In this document: piece by piece, positions 63,675 through 64,000 of the stretch
Layout: each line of letters opens with the position of its first letter
How positions within the stretch are numbered: the first letter of the stretch is position 1
Program-made: the position numbers and the translations under genes
Assembly: GCA_030390025.1 (NCBI GenBank)
Contig: CM059432.1
Coordinates: 22,260,001 to 22,324,000 of the forward strand
Length of the DNA stretch: 64,000 nucleotides
Origin: Squalus acanthias
Taxonomy: Eukaryota
Direction: 5' to 3'
Notes under the pieces: model-generated
Database searches by the model: none
Told to the model about the DNA's origin: nothing
What the model saw: only the letters and a program-made list of their open reading frames with translations

Positions 63675-63803
63675 AACAACAACAACAACTTGTATTTATA
63701 TAGTGCCTTTAATGTAGTAAAATGCCCCAAGGCGCTTCACAGGAATGCTATAAGATAAAAAAAAATTGAAACCGAGCCACATAAGGAGAAATTAGGGCAC
63801 TTA
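63675..63803 (-). mobile_element. L2-type LINE 3' end
   Basis: (caa)n cttgtatttatatagtgccttt..aaggcgcttcacagg. Confidence 0.6.
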
Positions 63804-64000
63804 GGGGTAAAAATTGAGTCGCGCCCCATTTGGGGCGCTAACCTCGCCGGGGCACGACTTTTAGCGCCCCGAAAAAATTAGCGGCCCCGCGCCGGAACTT
63901 CAGTGGTTGCGCCCCAAGAGGGAAGCGGGGCGCCACTGGAAGCACCCCGCATCCCTCTTGGGGCGCTGCGAGTGAATATCCTGGCACTACGTGCCGCAGC
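63804..64000. mobile_element. Second copy of the 2173-2932 MITE, cut by the window end
   Basis: Matches 2173-2369 with 3 substitutions; preceded by TTA. Confidence 0.93.

Overview
This is eukaryotic, repeat-dense DNA with no recognisable host protein-coding gene, rRNA, true tRNA or CRISPR array. The repeat mix (CR1 LINEs with (TTCTATGA)n tails, Deu-domain tRNA-derived SINEs, L2, RTE) suggests a cartilaginous fish such as a shark; this is an inference. The window is a set of nested transposable elements. (1) There are two near-complete PIF/Harbinger transposons (15695-19846, 51814-57680), each with a HARBI1-like DDE transposase and a convergent 3-exon Myb/SANT gene. The first Myb/SANT gene splices into an intact 458-aa ORF while its transposase is dead. 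(2) About ten Harbinger-type MITEs or deletion derivatives have 3-bp TSDs. (3) A deleted Gypsy element (11464-14544) has 120-bp LTRs carrying a CTCF-like motif and contains a foreign LTR with a PBS stub. (4) Four solo LTRs have 4-bp TSDs. Two of them are related and unusually long (1.7-1.8 kb), with E2F/GATA-like enhancer repeats and a conserved antisense tRNA-like fold at the U5 end, which is the most novel-looking signal. (5) CR1 (one with an esterase ORF1), L2, RTE and SINE copies and tiny Penelope-like inserts fill the rest. All calls were made by eye; no database searches were run.
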